Positions 1 through 11,014 of a DNA stretch of 64,000 nt are shown here, one piece after another. The translations under genes were made by a program, and so were the position numbers. Below the pieces are notes generated by a model that did no database searches, had not been told where the DNA came from, and saw nothing but the letters and a program-made list of their open reading frames with translations. The first letter of the stretch is position 1. Each line of letters starts with the position of its first letter. This DNA is from an uncultured Nitrospiraceae bacterium. Its GTDB lineage: Bacteria; Nitrospirota; Thermodesulfovibrionia; Thermodesulfovibrionales; SM23-35. The DNA lies in the NCBI GenBank assembly GCA_963727775.1, contig CAVSHB010000001.1:256001-320000 (forward strand). The letters are read 5' to 3'.

Positions 1-1307
1 GTCTTGCCATGATAATCGGCCGTTTAGTATATAGCGGCAGCAAGCTGGCTTTATCGCACAGATGGGAGGACACGGCATTATGGGAACTCTGCGGGATAGA
101 AGGGCCGGTTGACGTAGATAAGCATTGTTATGAGCCTATGGATCGTCTTTTACAGAGGCAGGATGCCATCCAAAGTACATTGGCGAAAAAGCATCTCCGA
201 AACGGCGCGCTTGTGCTTTACGATATAACCAGCAGTTATTTTGAGGGCGAGTATGAAGACAGTGAGATCGTTAAATTCGGATATAACCGGGACGGCAAGC
301 GGGGGCATGAACAGATGGTGATAGGGCTGCTTTGCAGTCCCGAGGGGTGCCCTGTGGGTGTGGAAGTTTTCCCTGGGAATACTCAGGATGCTCAAACGGT
401 ACCCGATAAAATAGCTGAGGTGCAGAAAAAATATGGGATCCAGGAGATAATCTTTGTAGGTGATCGTGGAATGGTTACTCATGCCAATTACGAAAAGGTT
501 AAGGATGTAAAAGGGCTCAATATAATATCGGCATTAACACACCACCAGATAAAAGAGCTACTGGAACGCAAGGTGATTCAGATCGATATGTTTGATGAAA
601 AGGAGATTATTGAAGTAGTGGATCCTGAGGCGATAGGACGGCGATACTGCTTATGCCGCAATCCAAAGACCGCTACAAGGGAAGCTGTGACACGCAAAGG
701 CTTGATTGAGGTCACCAGAAAGGCATTGGATAGCATAGCCCAATCAAAACGGAAGTCGTCAAACGAGAAGATAGCGGCAAGGGTGGGGAAGGTTCTGGGA
801 AAGTGGAAGACAGGTAAATTTGTAGAGTGGTCAGTACAGGATGGACGTCTCACATGGAAATTAAAAACAGAGAAGATCGAGACTGAGGAATTGATTGACG
901 GCTGTTACATCATTGCCTCCGATGTTCCTGCCGGGCTGATGGCAAAGCAGGCAATAGTGGCATCATATAAAAAGCTTGCTCTTGTAGAACAGGCGTTTCG
1001 GAACTTAAAGAGCGTACAGCTTGAGGTGCGGCCCGTTTATCACAAGACCGACGACCGAATCCGCTGTCATGTGTTTCTTTGCATGCTTGCCTACTACTTG
1101 CAGTGGCATATGAATCAGAGACTAAAGCCTCTGTTTCAGTCTGACGGAAAAAATAAACACCGCAGATGGACATTTGAGTATGTGATTGAGAGATTAAAGA
1201 GCCTGAGAAGGCAGAGACTTCAAGTGCAGGGCTCTTCGTGCCGAATTGTTTGCACCCCGGATAACAGTCAGCAAAAGATTCTTGATCTGCTCAAGGTAAA
1301 ATTGTAG
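1..1307 (+). CDS. IS1634-family DDE transposase, 5'-truncated by the window edge
   Basis: Motifs LYDITSSYFEG, GYNRDGK, FVGDRGM, VEQAFRNLK and HVFLCMLAY are typical of IS1634. The frame is open upstream of the ATG at 9. The element end is probably near 1385-1390, where the adjacent sensor gene is cut. Confidence 0.9.
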   Translation, partial: LAMIIGRLVYSGSKLALSHRWEDTALWELCGIEGPVDVDKHCYEPMDRLLQRQDAIQSTLAKKHLRNGALVLYDITSSYFEGEYEDSEIVKFGYNRDGKRGHEQMVIGLLCSPEGCPVGVEVFPGNTQDAQTVPDKIAEVQKKYGIQEIIFVGDRGMVTHANYEKVKDVKGLNIISALTHHQIKELLERKVIQIDMFDEKEIIEVVDPEAIGRRYCLCRNPKTATREAVTRKGLIEVTRKALDSIAQSKRKSSNEKIAARVGKVLGKWKTGKFVEWSVQDGRLTWKLKTEKIETEELIDGCYIIASDVPAGLMAKQAIVASYKKLALVEQAFRNLKSVQLEVRPVYHKTDDRIRCHVFLCMLAYYLQWHMNQRLKPLFQSDGKNKHRRWTFEYVIERLKSLRRQRLQVQGSSCRIVCTPDNSQQKILDLLKVKL

Positions 1308-2960
1308 CCATTTTCTTGAAATTAGAAATCGCCTTCAAATCATTGCAGCATATGGAGTTCCTCGTAGTTTTTAAAAAGAAAATACGACAAAAGGGAAATC
1401 CCCCTTTTCAATGGCAATGCGGCAGGCTTGCTCAAAGAGCGCCTGCAGATCACGTTCACGTACGATAGCCTGATTGATGTCGCTCAGCATGGCAAGGGTC
1501 CGGGTTAGTTTTCGAATACGTTCTTCCGCTTGTTTGCGCTCGGTGATGTCTTCAATTGTTGCCATGGTACGCAGAGGTTGTCCGTCTGCGTCCCGGAGAA
1601 CGGTCATATTGACATTCACCCAGACCAGAGAGCCGTCCTTACGCACATAGCGCTTCTCCAGACGGTAATCCGGCGCTTCGCCACGAACAACGCCTTGAAA
1701 TGCCTCCCAATCGCGCTCCCGGTCTTCAGGGTGCGTAATCTCTGGGACACGCATCTGAAGCATCTCGTCGGCTGAGTAGCCGGTAATGGAGCACATCTTC
1801 CGGTTCACGCGGAGCCATTGTCCGGTATTTATGTCAGCCTGTGCAATACCGATCGAGGCCATCTCGAACATTGCGCGGAATTGTTCCTCGCTCTCGCGCA
1901 GCGCTTCAGCGGCCTCATACCTTTCCTGGTAGAAGCGCGCTCGCTGATGTCTCCATACACAACCAACGCCTGCACCCGCGCATATCAGCAGGGCGCCTAT
2001 GAGAATTACTACCTCCCAGAGTCTCTCTCTCAGCGGTGCGTACACTTCCGCTATATCCATGCGGGCAACCAGAAACCACGGCGAATTAGGGACATCACGC
2101 ACATAGGCGAGCACCGGCACACCACTATAGTCTCTGCCTTCGACAATCCCTTTCTGTCCTATCGCTGCCTTTACAGCAGGTGTCTCCGTTTTCGATATCG
2201 GAATCCGCAAATTGAGGGCGGCATTCTTTTGGAATTTGAGTTCATTAAGGAAAACAACTTCATTCCCTTCGCTGCGGACGATCAGGGTCTCGGCGGTACG
2301 GCTGGACATGGGCCAGCGGCTGATAAAAGGATAGAGATATTTCTCCGGATCGATCCTGAAGACGAGAAGTCCTATAGCCCGGCTGCTATCCTGACCGTCG
2401 AGAATGGGAACCAAAACCTCCAGGCGGATGGCGCGATCCGGTGCATCGCGATGAAAATCAAGGAAAGTCATCTGCCCCGAACGAAGGGTTTCGGAAGCAT
2501 CCTGCAAAAGATGGGGAGAGATCGGTTCGGATGTAGCAGGGACAGCCATACGCTCGACGCCCTTGGTATCCAGCAGGAAGATCCTGTCGTAGTCATAAGC
2601 CGCCTGGAACTGACTAATCCACGTCCTAAGCTTGGTCCGCGCCTCCGCGTCCCCCGGTGTTTTGAGATACTGCCGCACCCGGGCCGTGAAGTTGTCGTTC
2701 TTGTAAAAAACAGCGGCATCCCCCAACCGCTCTTTTCTCCAATTCACCAATTCATCCACTTTCAGTTCCGCAACGGACGAAAGCTGACGCTCCACCCCGG
2801 CACGGAATTGCCTTTCGTAATTCCGGTAATAGAAATAACCGGCAGCAATAATCCCTAAAGCCAGTACCACAAAGACCAGAATCACCTTATTGGCAGCGCG
2901 CTTGTCTACTGGTTCGACCCTGACGCTCTTTGACCATGCCCGCCGGCCGGCAAACACTAA

Positions 2961-4911
2961 CAGGAGTTTAAGGGGTAACCTCTAAAAAGTCTCACAGATC
3001 TAACAATGACAAGGCTTTAGCTGGTTTTGGGGTGTAAGACCCCACTGGCATTTACTGAGAAACCAAAAGCCGATAGGACTTCGGCTTGGGTCTTCGTCGG
3101 TATCTCTATCTGGCGGCCAGCCTTTCTTCCGCCTTCCTTTAAAAGCAGTACAGAATGTAGATTCCGCATGTCCTCCATGACGTCTTCCGCTGTGCGATGA
3201 ATACCTGTGGCATTAAGTTTCAACTCAATCCGCCGCAAATATGTCATAGCGACAACACAACTGAACAGGTGACAGCGTATCTTGCTGTCGGTCCAGTGTC
3301 TTATGGGCCGCATGGCAACCAGATCGTCTTCTTTGCTAAGCCGGAAGCGGCTCTCCACTTGCCATCGGTCGAGGCTGGCTTTTACTATAGCCGTTGTGGT
3401 CCAATCCACGTTGTCGGTGATAATGATGTTCTTGCCGAGCATTATGCGCTTTCGCTCGATGGCCGTCCCATCTCTCCGGAAACTCATACCCAAACCTTCT
3501 GCCGTCTGAGAGAACTCCAGGGCGTAGAAATCGCTCGGCACGTGAAAACGCTCACAGAGACGCAGATATCTTTCTCGGATCGCTTCCTGTTTGCGCCAAT
3601 GAGGTTCTTTATTACGAACCTTTGACCTCATGGCAAGGAGTTCCTGTCGGATCGCATCCAGTTTACTGTCAAGCGTGTAGGTTTGCTTTCTTGCCGTTAT
3701 CGGATTATACGTTACCACTACCGCCCGTTGCTTGCCCCAGTATTCGCCCTTTGTTCGGTACACGAGCATGCGGTCCTCCTTCTTCCCCTTCTGTAGCAGT
3801 AGCCGATTCTTCTCCGTGTCCGCCGGCTCAAAGACATCCAAAGACGTCATGGCCAGTTCCTCGGCGAAGTAGGTTGAATACGTCGTCACAAAATGTATGC
3901 GGGAGTGCTCGTCTATCCAAGCGAAATTGCCCTCGGAGTTCATCCCTTTGTCTATCACGACGGTAAGTTTTTGTTTCGTCTTGTTCAGTCCGCATACGAC
4001 TCCGAACATCTCATCCATGACCGCCTCAAACTGACGACTGTCATGGAGATTGCCCGGATAGGCGCAATAGTACAACGGCAGCCGGCTATCGCGCGATACC
4101 AGAAGCCCTAATCCGATCTGCCGGAGATTATGTCGTCCTTCCTTGTTCTTCCCCCGGCGAGCAAGCTCAGAGGGCGTATCACTCGCCATAAAGGTGTAGT
4201 AGTTCGTGGTATCGAACAGCAGACAGTCGGCATTAGGGGATTCAAGCTCCCAGATGCTCTCAAAGAATCGCCGGGCAATTGTCTTGAGTGCAGCTTCCGA
4301 TACCCTGTCCCACTTTTCCCAGTAGCGTTGACTGGTGAACTCATCAATATCAACAGGACGAATCTGCTGGACAGCCGTTCGCCCATACCATTGGGCAAGC
4401 TTGTTCTTGCTGGTGCTCTCGCACATCCGATTCCATATGCAGTACAAAAAATACTCTCCTACGGACGGACCTTCCTCCTGAGTACCCCTCTGGATCTCCT
4501 TGTCTACAATGCCCACAAGGTCAACATCTTGGCTAACTTGATGGGCCAGCCACAATGCTCCGAACTCTTCCACTTTGAGCCTGACTGCCGCCTCTGCAGA
4601 GCCTGCCACGAGACCAGCCACCCGTTCAGGAGAGCCGATGTATATTTGGGAGACTACCTTAGGCTTCCCTCCAACGCGGGCAATCTCGCGCACATAGAGG
4701 TAGGGTCTTCCCTTTTTCGTCTTGATATGGAAATGTGCCATGTCAAATACTACCATGGTAGGGTCTTACATGTCAAGCATAAAATGCATTTAAAACGCAC
4801 AAATAATGGGTTTGTTATACAATAATGTAGGGTCTTACAGTAAGTCGTCGGAAAAAGCTAGTAATTTCCAGCGGTTGGAGAGTTCAAATGCAGTTACCCC
4901 TTAAACTCCTG
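2961..4911 (-). mobile_element. Complete IS1634-family insertion sequence
   Basis: Perfect 19-bp terminal IRs CAGGAGTTTAAGGGGTAAC (2961-2979, 4893-4911). 5-bp target duplication ACTAA (2956-2960, 4912-4916). Confidence 0.95.
3017..4756 (-). CDS. IS1634-family transposase
   Basis: 579-aa ORF with LFDTTNYY, RGKNKEGR, VIDKGMNS, VESRFRLSK and IRCHLFSCVVA. The start may be the ATG at 4741. Confidence 0.92.
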   Translation of the reverse strand: MVVFDMAHFHIKTKKGRPYLYVREIARVGGKPKVVSQIYIGSPERVAGLVAGSAEAAVRLKVEEFGALWLAHQVSQDVDLVGIVDKEIQRGTQEEGPSVGEYFLYCIWNRMCESTSKNKLAQWYGRTAVQQIRPVDIDEFTSQRYWEKWDRVSEAALKTIARRFFESIWELESPNADCLLFDTTNYYTFMASDTPSELARRGKNKEGRHNLRQIGLGLLVSRDSRLPLYYCAYPGNLHDSRQFEAVMDEMFGVVCGLNKTKQKLTVVIDKGMNSEGNFAWIDEHSRIHFVTTYSTYFAEELAMTSLDVFEPADTEKNRLLLQKGKKEDRMLVYRTKGEYWGKQRAVVVTYNPITARKQTYTLDSKLDAIRQELLAMRSKVRNKEPHWRKQEAIRERYLRLCERFHVPSDFYALEFSQTAEGLGMSFRRDGTAIERKRIMLGKNIIITDNVDWTTTAIVKASLDRWQVESRFRLSKEDDLVAMRPIRHWTDSKIRCHLFSCVVAMTYLRRIELKLNATGIHRTAEDVMEDMRNLHSVLLLKEGGRKAGRQIEIPTKTQAEVLSAFGFSVNASGVLHPKTS

Positions 4912-5661
4912 ACTAATAGAGCTACCCCAAGAAAGACGAAAGCCAGAGAAGTTGATAACGCAGGCGGAATGAATTGTCCGCCGTAGAGGAGGGGCGTTCC
5001 AAGAAGATAGGCCAGGAGCAGTACAAGGCTTGTCAGAATTATGAGGCAGGCCAGCCAAAAGGCTGCTATTGCGCGTCCCGGTGAGGCTGTGGTCGAGGAC
5101 AAAGCCGTCAATAATGAGAAACCGACGAGCACAAAGTATAACGCCGTCAGCGGTGAGATCTGCCCGATCGGGACCCCGTCTGTTGTCCCTGTGATGGGGA
5201 TTCCGAGGTGTTCGGCGTTCAAATGGATGCCCAGATAAGACAAGAAGAACAACAGCACGGCTATGAATGTGCCTATCGAACCAATGGATCTCCAAATCCC
5301 GTATATATTGCGGTTTAGAGGCTTGCGGACACAGAAATAAACTGCGCTTCCATACAATATGAATAACAGCGCGGCACTCGGCGCCATCGGTACCGGTGAC
5401 CCAAAGCTGGCGAGAAGCAGATGTCCTGTAATCCATCCAAGAAGGGCGACGAGCCCCGAAACAGCCGCAAGCGCTCCACATGCCTGAGCAAGTGCATTCA
5501 ACACGTGACCTTCTTTTAGTTCGTCAGCGCCATTCATCGTCATTTATCTCGTCTTATTGATTCTTCTATCAACAGGAGGAATATCAAGAAAAGCTTAAAG
5601 GGTACTTTTCATCATTTTGATTATATCAACTATAAGAAAATTTGCAACTGCAATGCCCGAA

Positions 5662-6960
5662 TTGACTCAAATTAAATGTTACCGAAGTAAGGAGTAAAAA
5701 GGTATCGTTGACTCATAATGCATGTTACCGAAAAAACATGCATAGAAAGGGACTGCATTATGAGCTCAAAATCGAAGAGAGAATATCTTGAAGCGGTATA
5801 CCTGAGGTACAAAAAAGCATCTCGAAAGAAGAAGGCACTTATCCTGGATGAATTTTGCGCTGCCTGCAGATATCATCGGAAACACGCTATCCGGCTGCTA
5901 AGGAAATTTACCCGTTATATCAAACCAAAAAAGAAGAAGAGAGGGAGAAGACCTTTATACAACAAAGAAGCTATCGTTAAACCCCTGAAGAAGATCTGGC
6001 TATCAGCAAATCTTCCCTGCTCCAAGAGACTGAAAGCCATATTAGTATTATGGCTTCCCGGCTATGTTCAGGAATATGGAAATCTTCCCTCAGAAGTTAC
6101 CAAATCACTCTTGACCGTATCTCCTGCCACTATTGATAGACTTCTAAAACCGGTCAGAGTGAAATATAAAGGGCGGGGCAGGTCTACCACAAAGCCGGGA
6201 ACACTCTTAAGGAAGCAGATACCGATAAAGACAAACCAGTGGGATGAATCCCGTCCGGGGTTTCTGGAAGCTGATACCGTTGCTCATTGCGGCACATCTA
6301 TGTCCGGTATGTTTGCCTTCACCATAGACTGTGTAGACATTGCTACTGGCTGGACTGAACAAAGAGCGGTATGGGGCAAAGGTGAAACAGAGGTGTTAGA
6401 GCAAATCAAAGACATTGAGGTATCTCTCCCGTTCCCATTGCGCGGATTCGACTCTGATAACGGTAGTGAGTTTCTCAATTATCACCTTCTGAGACATTTT
6501 ACGGAAAGAGAACAAAGAGTACAGTTTACTCGGAGCAGAGCATATCACAAAGACGATAACTCACATATCGAACAGAAAAACTGGACGCATGTCAGACAGT
6601 GGCTTGGATATCACCGGTTCGATATCCCTGAGATTGTTCCGCTTCTCAATGATCTCTATAAGACGGAATGGAGATTGTTTCATAATTTCTCTGCCCTTCT
6701 GTGAAGCTTATCGCAAAACAACGGATTGCCTCAAAAACGATAAAGCGCTATGATAATCCCAAGACGCCTTATCAGAGGGTCATGGATTCACCGGATATCG
6801 ATCCCTCTACAAAACAGAAGCTTACAAAGCAGTTTGAAAAGTTGAATCCATTTCACTTGAGAAAGGCCATGGAAGATAAGCTGAAAAAGATCTTCCTTTT
6901 ATGCTACAAAAACTCACGCTGAGTCACCGATCCTTCGGTAACATTTTCTTATGAGTCAAC
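5662..6960 (+). mobile_element. IS with an integrase-core (rve) DDE transposase, family uncertain (ISNCY/IS481-like)
   Basis: The right end TTCGGTAACATTTTCTTATGAGTCAAC (6934-6960) is an imperfect inverted match to two tandem left motifs (5662-5686, 5707-5732). Confidence 0.75.
5760..6922 (+). pseudogene. rve-domain transposase with a one-base deletion frameshift near 6690
   Basis: Motifs FLEADTVAHCG, FDSDNGSEF and EQKN. Adding one T restores HNFFCPSVKL and joins ORF 6701-6922. Confidence 0.8.
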
Positions 6961-6967
6961 TGGTGCC

Positions 6968-7054
6968 TACCTTTCACCGCATGACCTCCGAAGACATTCA
7001 GCAGTTATACTGAAGCGTCAGGACCTGGAAACCACTAAGGTGTATCTCGGCAGA
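6968..7054 (+). pseudogene. C-terminal remnant of a tyrosine recombinase
   Basis: Reads YLSPHDLRRHSA-VILKRQDLETTKVYLGR: an H-x-x-R box and a catalytic-Tyr box, with the intervening helix missing. Confidence 0.65.
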
Positions 7055-7131
7055 TATCGACTCGATACCGGTTCTCAGCTTTTGGCCCGAATTGGAAGCC
7101 GGGGGAACCGCTGCATAAATCTCCGTCAAGT

Positions 7132-7362
7132 TCAATCATCGTCCATCCACTTCAGTTCGGTCTTACCGTCATGACCGTGAATTTTGATCATCTGTTCGAC
7201 GGTATCATATACCGTTACCGAGGGGATATCTTTAATGGTCCAGGCAAGAACGCACTTCCCCGAAGAAAACTGCACTCCCTCCGCTATCTTCCCAACGCCC
7301 GAGATGCCTGTCTTGTCCTCATATCTGATCATCTCAAATCTTCTAAAGCTATAGGGTTTCAT
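7132..7362 (-). CDS. Small conserved hypothetical protein, phage-associated type
   Basis: D-x-(T/S)-G-(I/V)-S-G-x-G-x-x-A-E-G-V-x-F-S ... I-H-G-H-x-G-x-T pattern. The start is uncertain (7362 or 7392). Confidence 0.7.
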   Translation of the reverse strand: MKPYSFRRFEMIRYEDKTGISGVGKIAEGVQFSSGKCVLAWTIKDIPSVTVYDTVEQMIKIHGHDGKTELKWMDDD

Positions 7363-7462
7363 ATCGGGCCACCAGGTTTCTTTTTGCAACATGGTGCAAT
7401 CATGCTTTCACCGATAACCTAAATTGGTTATAAGAAAGCGGCGGATTACTTTGTAGAAAATT

Positions 7463-7804
7463 TTACAACCCCAATGCCTCCGCTACCCTCTTTCTCTGTT
7501 TCTCTATAGCTTTCTGCCCCTGGTCAAGATTCTTCAAAATCTCCTTTTTTGCGCTGTCAGAGAGGTCTTTGCCCTGCTCGATGATATCCGTGACCCTGTC
7601 TTTTACATCATCGGCAAAATCATTGATACTGTCAACCGCATCTTCCACTAAATGGACAGTCTCCTTTTTTATCCGGCGCGCGGTCTTCGCGATATCTTTC
7701 CGTGTTTCCTTGCCCGATTTAGGCGCATAGAGCAAAGCAAATGTAGCGCCGGCCAATCCTCCCAACAAAAAAGCCCCTGCGATCTTTCTATAATCGTTTT
7801 CCAT
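7463..7804 (-). CDS. YtxH-domain protein
   Basis: FLLGGLAGATFALLYAPKSGKETR motif followed by a coiled coil. AGGAGG RBS. Confidence 0.9.
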   Translation of the reverse strand: MENDYRKIAGAFLLGGLAGATFALLYAPKSGKETRKDIAKTARRIKKETVHLVEDAVDSINDFADDVKDRVTDIIEQGKDLSDSAKKEILKNLDQGQKAIEKQRKRVAEALGL

Positions 7805-7977
7805 TTTATCCTCCTTTATTTATGGCGTTGTCTAAACTTTAGCAAGTACCGGCGACAGAGTCAACCTGTTAGATTCCCATCCATAGAAATAATTTAAGCC
7901 GCCGGTGTCTGCAACGAAGAAAAGCACGGCATTCTGAAAAAGATTGCTTTTTTAACCGATTTCGTTAATATTTAATA

Positions 7978-9861
7978 ATGGCTGAAACCAAAAAAAGCAT
8001 GTCCGATATTATGAAAAGCCCTCAGTGGAAAATCGGCATGGGCATCCTGATCTTTTTTCTTTTCCTCTATCTTTGGAACCAGTTTTTTACCTTAGGGCGT
8101 CCTGAACAATACAGCATTACTTATAGCCAGTTTCTTGAACAGCTGAACACAGGTAACATTAAATCTATCACCATAAAAAACCACCAGGTGAATGGGGAGT
8201 TTATCAAGAAAACAGATTTGCAATTGCATGATGAAAAACAGACTGTATCAATAAAAAATTTTCTGACCTTTCTGCCTTCCTTCCAGGGTGAAGATCTTCT
8301 CAAAAAGCTTCAGGAGAAGAATGTTGCAGTCACTGTCGAACCCTCCGAGAAGGGGTCCATACTCTGGCAGCTGCTAATCGGGGTATTGCCGTGGCTGCTG
8401 ATCATCGGGGTCTGGGTGCTGATCATGAAACGTGCGCAGCAGATGCAGGGAGGACCCGGGGGGCTTTTTAGTTTTGCCTCAAGCAAAGCAAAACTTTTCG
8501 ATGCGAGTAAAAGCAATATAACATTCAAAGACGTTGCCGGTATGGACAATGTAAAACAGGAACTGAGGGAGACGATAGAATACCTGAAAGACGCCTCCAA
8601 ATTCAGGCGTCTCGGCGCAAAGGTCCCTAAGGGAGTGCTTTTGGTAGGACCGCCCGGCACGGGGAAAACCCTTCTGGCCCGCGCGGTTGCGGGTGAGGCC
8701 GCAGTGCCGTTTTACAACATCAGCGCATCGGAATTCATAGAAATGTTCGTCGGGGTCGGAGCTTCCCGTGTAAGGGACATGTTCAAGAAAGCAAAGGAGT
8801 CCCAGCCGAGCATCATTTTCATAGACGAGATCGACGCCGTCGGCCGAACGCGCGGCGCAGGTATGGGCGGAGGTCATGATGAACGTGAGCAGACCCTTAA
8901 TCAGCTTCTGAGTGAGATGGACGGCTTCGAGTCCCATGAAGAGGTGATTGTAATGGCGGCTACAAACAGGCCGGATGTGCTCGACCCCGCGCTGCTCAGA
9001 CCGGGACGTTTCGACAGGCATATCGTAATCGACAGGCCGGGCATGAAGGAACGCAAGGCGATCCTTGAAGTCCACACAAAAAATAAGGTTGTATCGGAAA
9101 ATATTGACCTTGAAAAAATGGCGAGGGGGACCCCCGGCATGACCGGCGCCGACCTTGAGAATATGGCAAATGAAGCTGCGCTTATCGCTATAAGAAAAAA
9201 TAAGGACAAGATAGATATGAGCGATTTTGAAGAAGCAAGGGACATAATACTCATGGGTTCAGTCAGGGAGGAAACAATAAGCGAAACAGAAAAACGTATA
9301 ACTGCCTATCACGAGGCTGGGCATGCATTGGCGGCATGGAGCCTTCCCGGGACAGACCCCTTGCATAAAGTCAGCATCATCCCGCGCGGGATGGCCATGG
9401 GCGTGACCCAGTTACTGCCTGAAGAAGACAGGCACTATTATCCAAAGACGTATCTCATGAACAGGCTGAGCGTTGCGCTTGCCGGAAGAGTTGCGGAAAA
9501 AATGGTATTTAATGATACGAGCAGCGGAGCGCAGAGTGATCTGAAGGAAGCTACCGATCTCGCCGAAAAAATGGTTGCCCAGTGGGGGATGAGCGACAAA
9601 GTCGGTCCAATAAGCCTCGGGAGAGGAGAGGAACATCCCTTCCTGGGGAGAGAGCTTGCGTTGCCGAAGCGATACAGTGAAGAAATGGCATGGATGATGG
9701 ACCAGGAAATCCGCGCACTGATAACCAGCGCAGAATCAAAAGCTGAAGAGGTTTTGAAGGATAAAAGACAGGTGCTTGATAACCTGGCTGACGCGCTCAT
9801 AAAAGAAGAAGTCCTCGACAAAGACGATATAGAGCGGATAATTAAGGAATCAACTCAATAA
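7978..9861 (+). CDS. ftsH: ATP-dependent zinc metalloprotease FtsH
   Basis: Two TMs, Walker A GPPGTGKT, Walker [20 protein letters not shown] and HEAGH zinc motif. Confidence 0.97.
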   Translation: MAETKKSMSDIMKSPQWKIGMGILIFFLFLYLWNQFFTLGRPEQYSITYSQFLEQLNTGNIKSITIKNHQVNGEFIKKTDLQLHDEKQTVSIKNFLTFLPSFQGEDLLKKLQEKNVAVTVEPSEKGSILWQLLIGVLPWLLIIGVWVLIMKRAQQMQGGPGGLFSFASSKAKLFDASKSNITFKDVAGMDNVKQELRETIEYLKDASKFRRLGAKVPKGVLLVGPPGTGKTLLARAVAGEAAVPFYNISASEFIEMFVGVGASRVRDMFKKAKESQPSIIFIDEIDAVGRTRGAGMGGGHDEREQTLNQLLSEMDGFESHEEVIVMAATNRPDVLDPALLRPGRFDRHIVIDRPGMKERKAILEVHTKNKVVSENIDLEKMARGTPGMTGADLENMANEAALIAIRKNKDKIDMSDFEEARDIILMGSVREETISETEKRITAYHEAGHALAAWSLPGTDPLHKVSIIPRGMAMGVTQLLPEEDRHYYPKTYLMNRLSVALAGRVAEKMVFNDTSSGAQSDLKEATDLAEKMVAQWGMSDKVGPISLGRGEEHPFLGRELALPKRYSEEMAWMMDQEIRALITSAESKAEEVLKDKRQVLDNLADALIKEEVLDKDDIERIIKESTQ

Positions 9862-9867
9862 TCTGCG

Positions 9868-10647
9868 CTAACGATACAGGTCGGCAAGCCTTGCGAACTC
9901 CTCAATGCTTAAGGTCTCCGGCCTTCTGACCGGATCTATTCCGGCACTGGACAGCCATCCTTTTACGTCCGTGCTCAGACTTTTCAGAGAGTTCGAGAGC
10001 ATCTTTCTCCTTTGAGAAAATGATGTCTTTACAAGCTTGAAAAAAAACTTTTCATCTTTCACATCGATCGAAGGCCTCTCAAGGATTTCCATACATATAA
10101 CGGCGGAATCCACTTTCGGCACAGGTCTGAATGCCTCTCTCGGGATTATAAACTTCAGCTCCGGTTTTGCATAATATTGCACCATTATCGAAAGCACGCC
10201 GTAATCCTTTCCACCCGGTTTCGCAACAATCCTTTCAGCGACCTCTTTCTGAATTGTCAGTGTCATGGACTTCAGGTTCTGTCTTGTATCAATGAGCCTG
10301 AAGATAATAGGAGTTGTAATGTAATAAGGGATATTTGCAACGACCCTGAATTCGGGCAGGCTTTCATATGGATATTCAAGGGCGTCTCCATGTATCAATT
10401 CGACATTATGATATCCTTCAAGCGCTGTCTGCAATTTTTCATACAACCTGTCATCCAGCTCGATTGCAATGACCTTCTCGACTTTTGCGGCAAGCATTTT
10501 TGTGAGGATACCAAGGCCGGGGCCTATTTCAGCAACAACATTTTCCGGATCAAGCTGCGCCGCATGAATAATCCTCCCGATTATTTCAGGATGATAAAGA
10601 AAGTTCTGTCCTAAGGATTTTTTTGCCATTTGTTTGATAACAGACAA
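9868..10647 (-). CDS. rsmA: 16S rRNA m6(2)A dimethyltransferase
   Basis: KKSLGQNFL, EIGPGLG, ANIPY and PVPKVDS motifs. Lies downstream of pdxA. Confidence 0.96.
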   Translation of the reverse strand: MSVIKQMAKKSLGQNFLYHPEIIGRIIHAAQLDPENVVAEIGPGLGILTKMLAAKVEKVIAIELDDRLYEKLQTALEGYHNVELIHGDALEYPYESLPEFRVVANIPYYITTPIIFRLIDTRQNLKSMTLTIQKEVAERIVAKPGGKDYGVLSIMVQYYAKPELKFIIPREAFRPVPKVDSAVICMEILERPSIDVKDEKFFFKLVKTSFSQRRKMLSNSLKSLSTDVKGWLSSAGIDPVRRPETLSIEEFARLADLYR

Positions 10648-10686
10648 GCTTATAAGCTCTTGATATCATACCATGCCTTTATCACT

Positions 10687-10851
10687 CTAACCCACACTAT
10701 TCATAAGATTGCTGACAGATGCAGTATTTAAGCGGTTTTAAATTCTTTTAAAGAAAGAATTTACCTCGGAGGCCCGATTCGTACCGGGTCGAGAATGAGC
10801 GCAAATACTGTATTTGTCGGTACCACAAATTTTATAAATTGAGTGGGTTAA
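10687..10851. repeat. ~165-bp MITE-like structured repeat, copy 1
   Basis: Imperfect terminal IRs (TAACCCAC/GTGGGTTA) and a long internal stem (10711-10729 with 10803-10821). A highly similar inverted copy lies at 21763-21933. Confidence 0.85.
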
Positions 10852-10878
10852 ACAATGATTATTCATACTGCATGGAAT

Positions 10879-10991
10879 ATCAGAGCAGATGCTGTATCAT
10901 CGCTCATTCTCGGTCCCGAAAGCTTTCGGGACCTCCGAGGTATCCCGATCAAATCGGGATAAAGCCGCTCTGATACAGCATCTGCTCTGAT
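10879..10991. repeat. Branched hairpin element related to the 165-bp repeat
   Basis: A perfect 21-bp outer stem (10879-10899/10971-10991) encloses CGCTCATTCTCGG, a 22-bp palindrome (10912-10933), CTCCGAGGTA and a second hairpin (10941-10961). Confidence 0.85.
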
Positions 10992-11014
10992 CGATCAAAA
11001 TTATTCAGATTAGA

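Larger units (their letters stand above)
1371..5543 (-). pseudogene. Membrane-anchored PAS/GAF sensory protein split by IS1634 (2961-4911) and truncated at ~1388 by the first IS1634
   Basis: ORF 4884-5543 (multi-TM) and ORF 1371-2957 (TM, Cache-like periplasmic region, TM, PAS-PAC, start of GAF) join in frame as ...GVALLVFAGRRAW... when the IS and one ACTAA copy are removed. The GAF stops abruptly after IAIEKGDFPF. Confidence 0.88.

Noticed and set aside
1818..2858. Long antisense ORFs (also 4130-4825, 28545-29453 and others)
   Set aside because: They are shadows of well-supported genes on the opposite strand and have no motifs.
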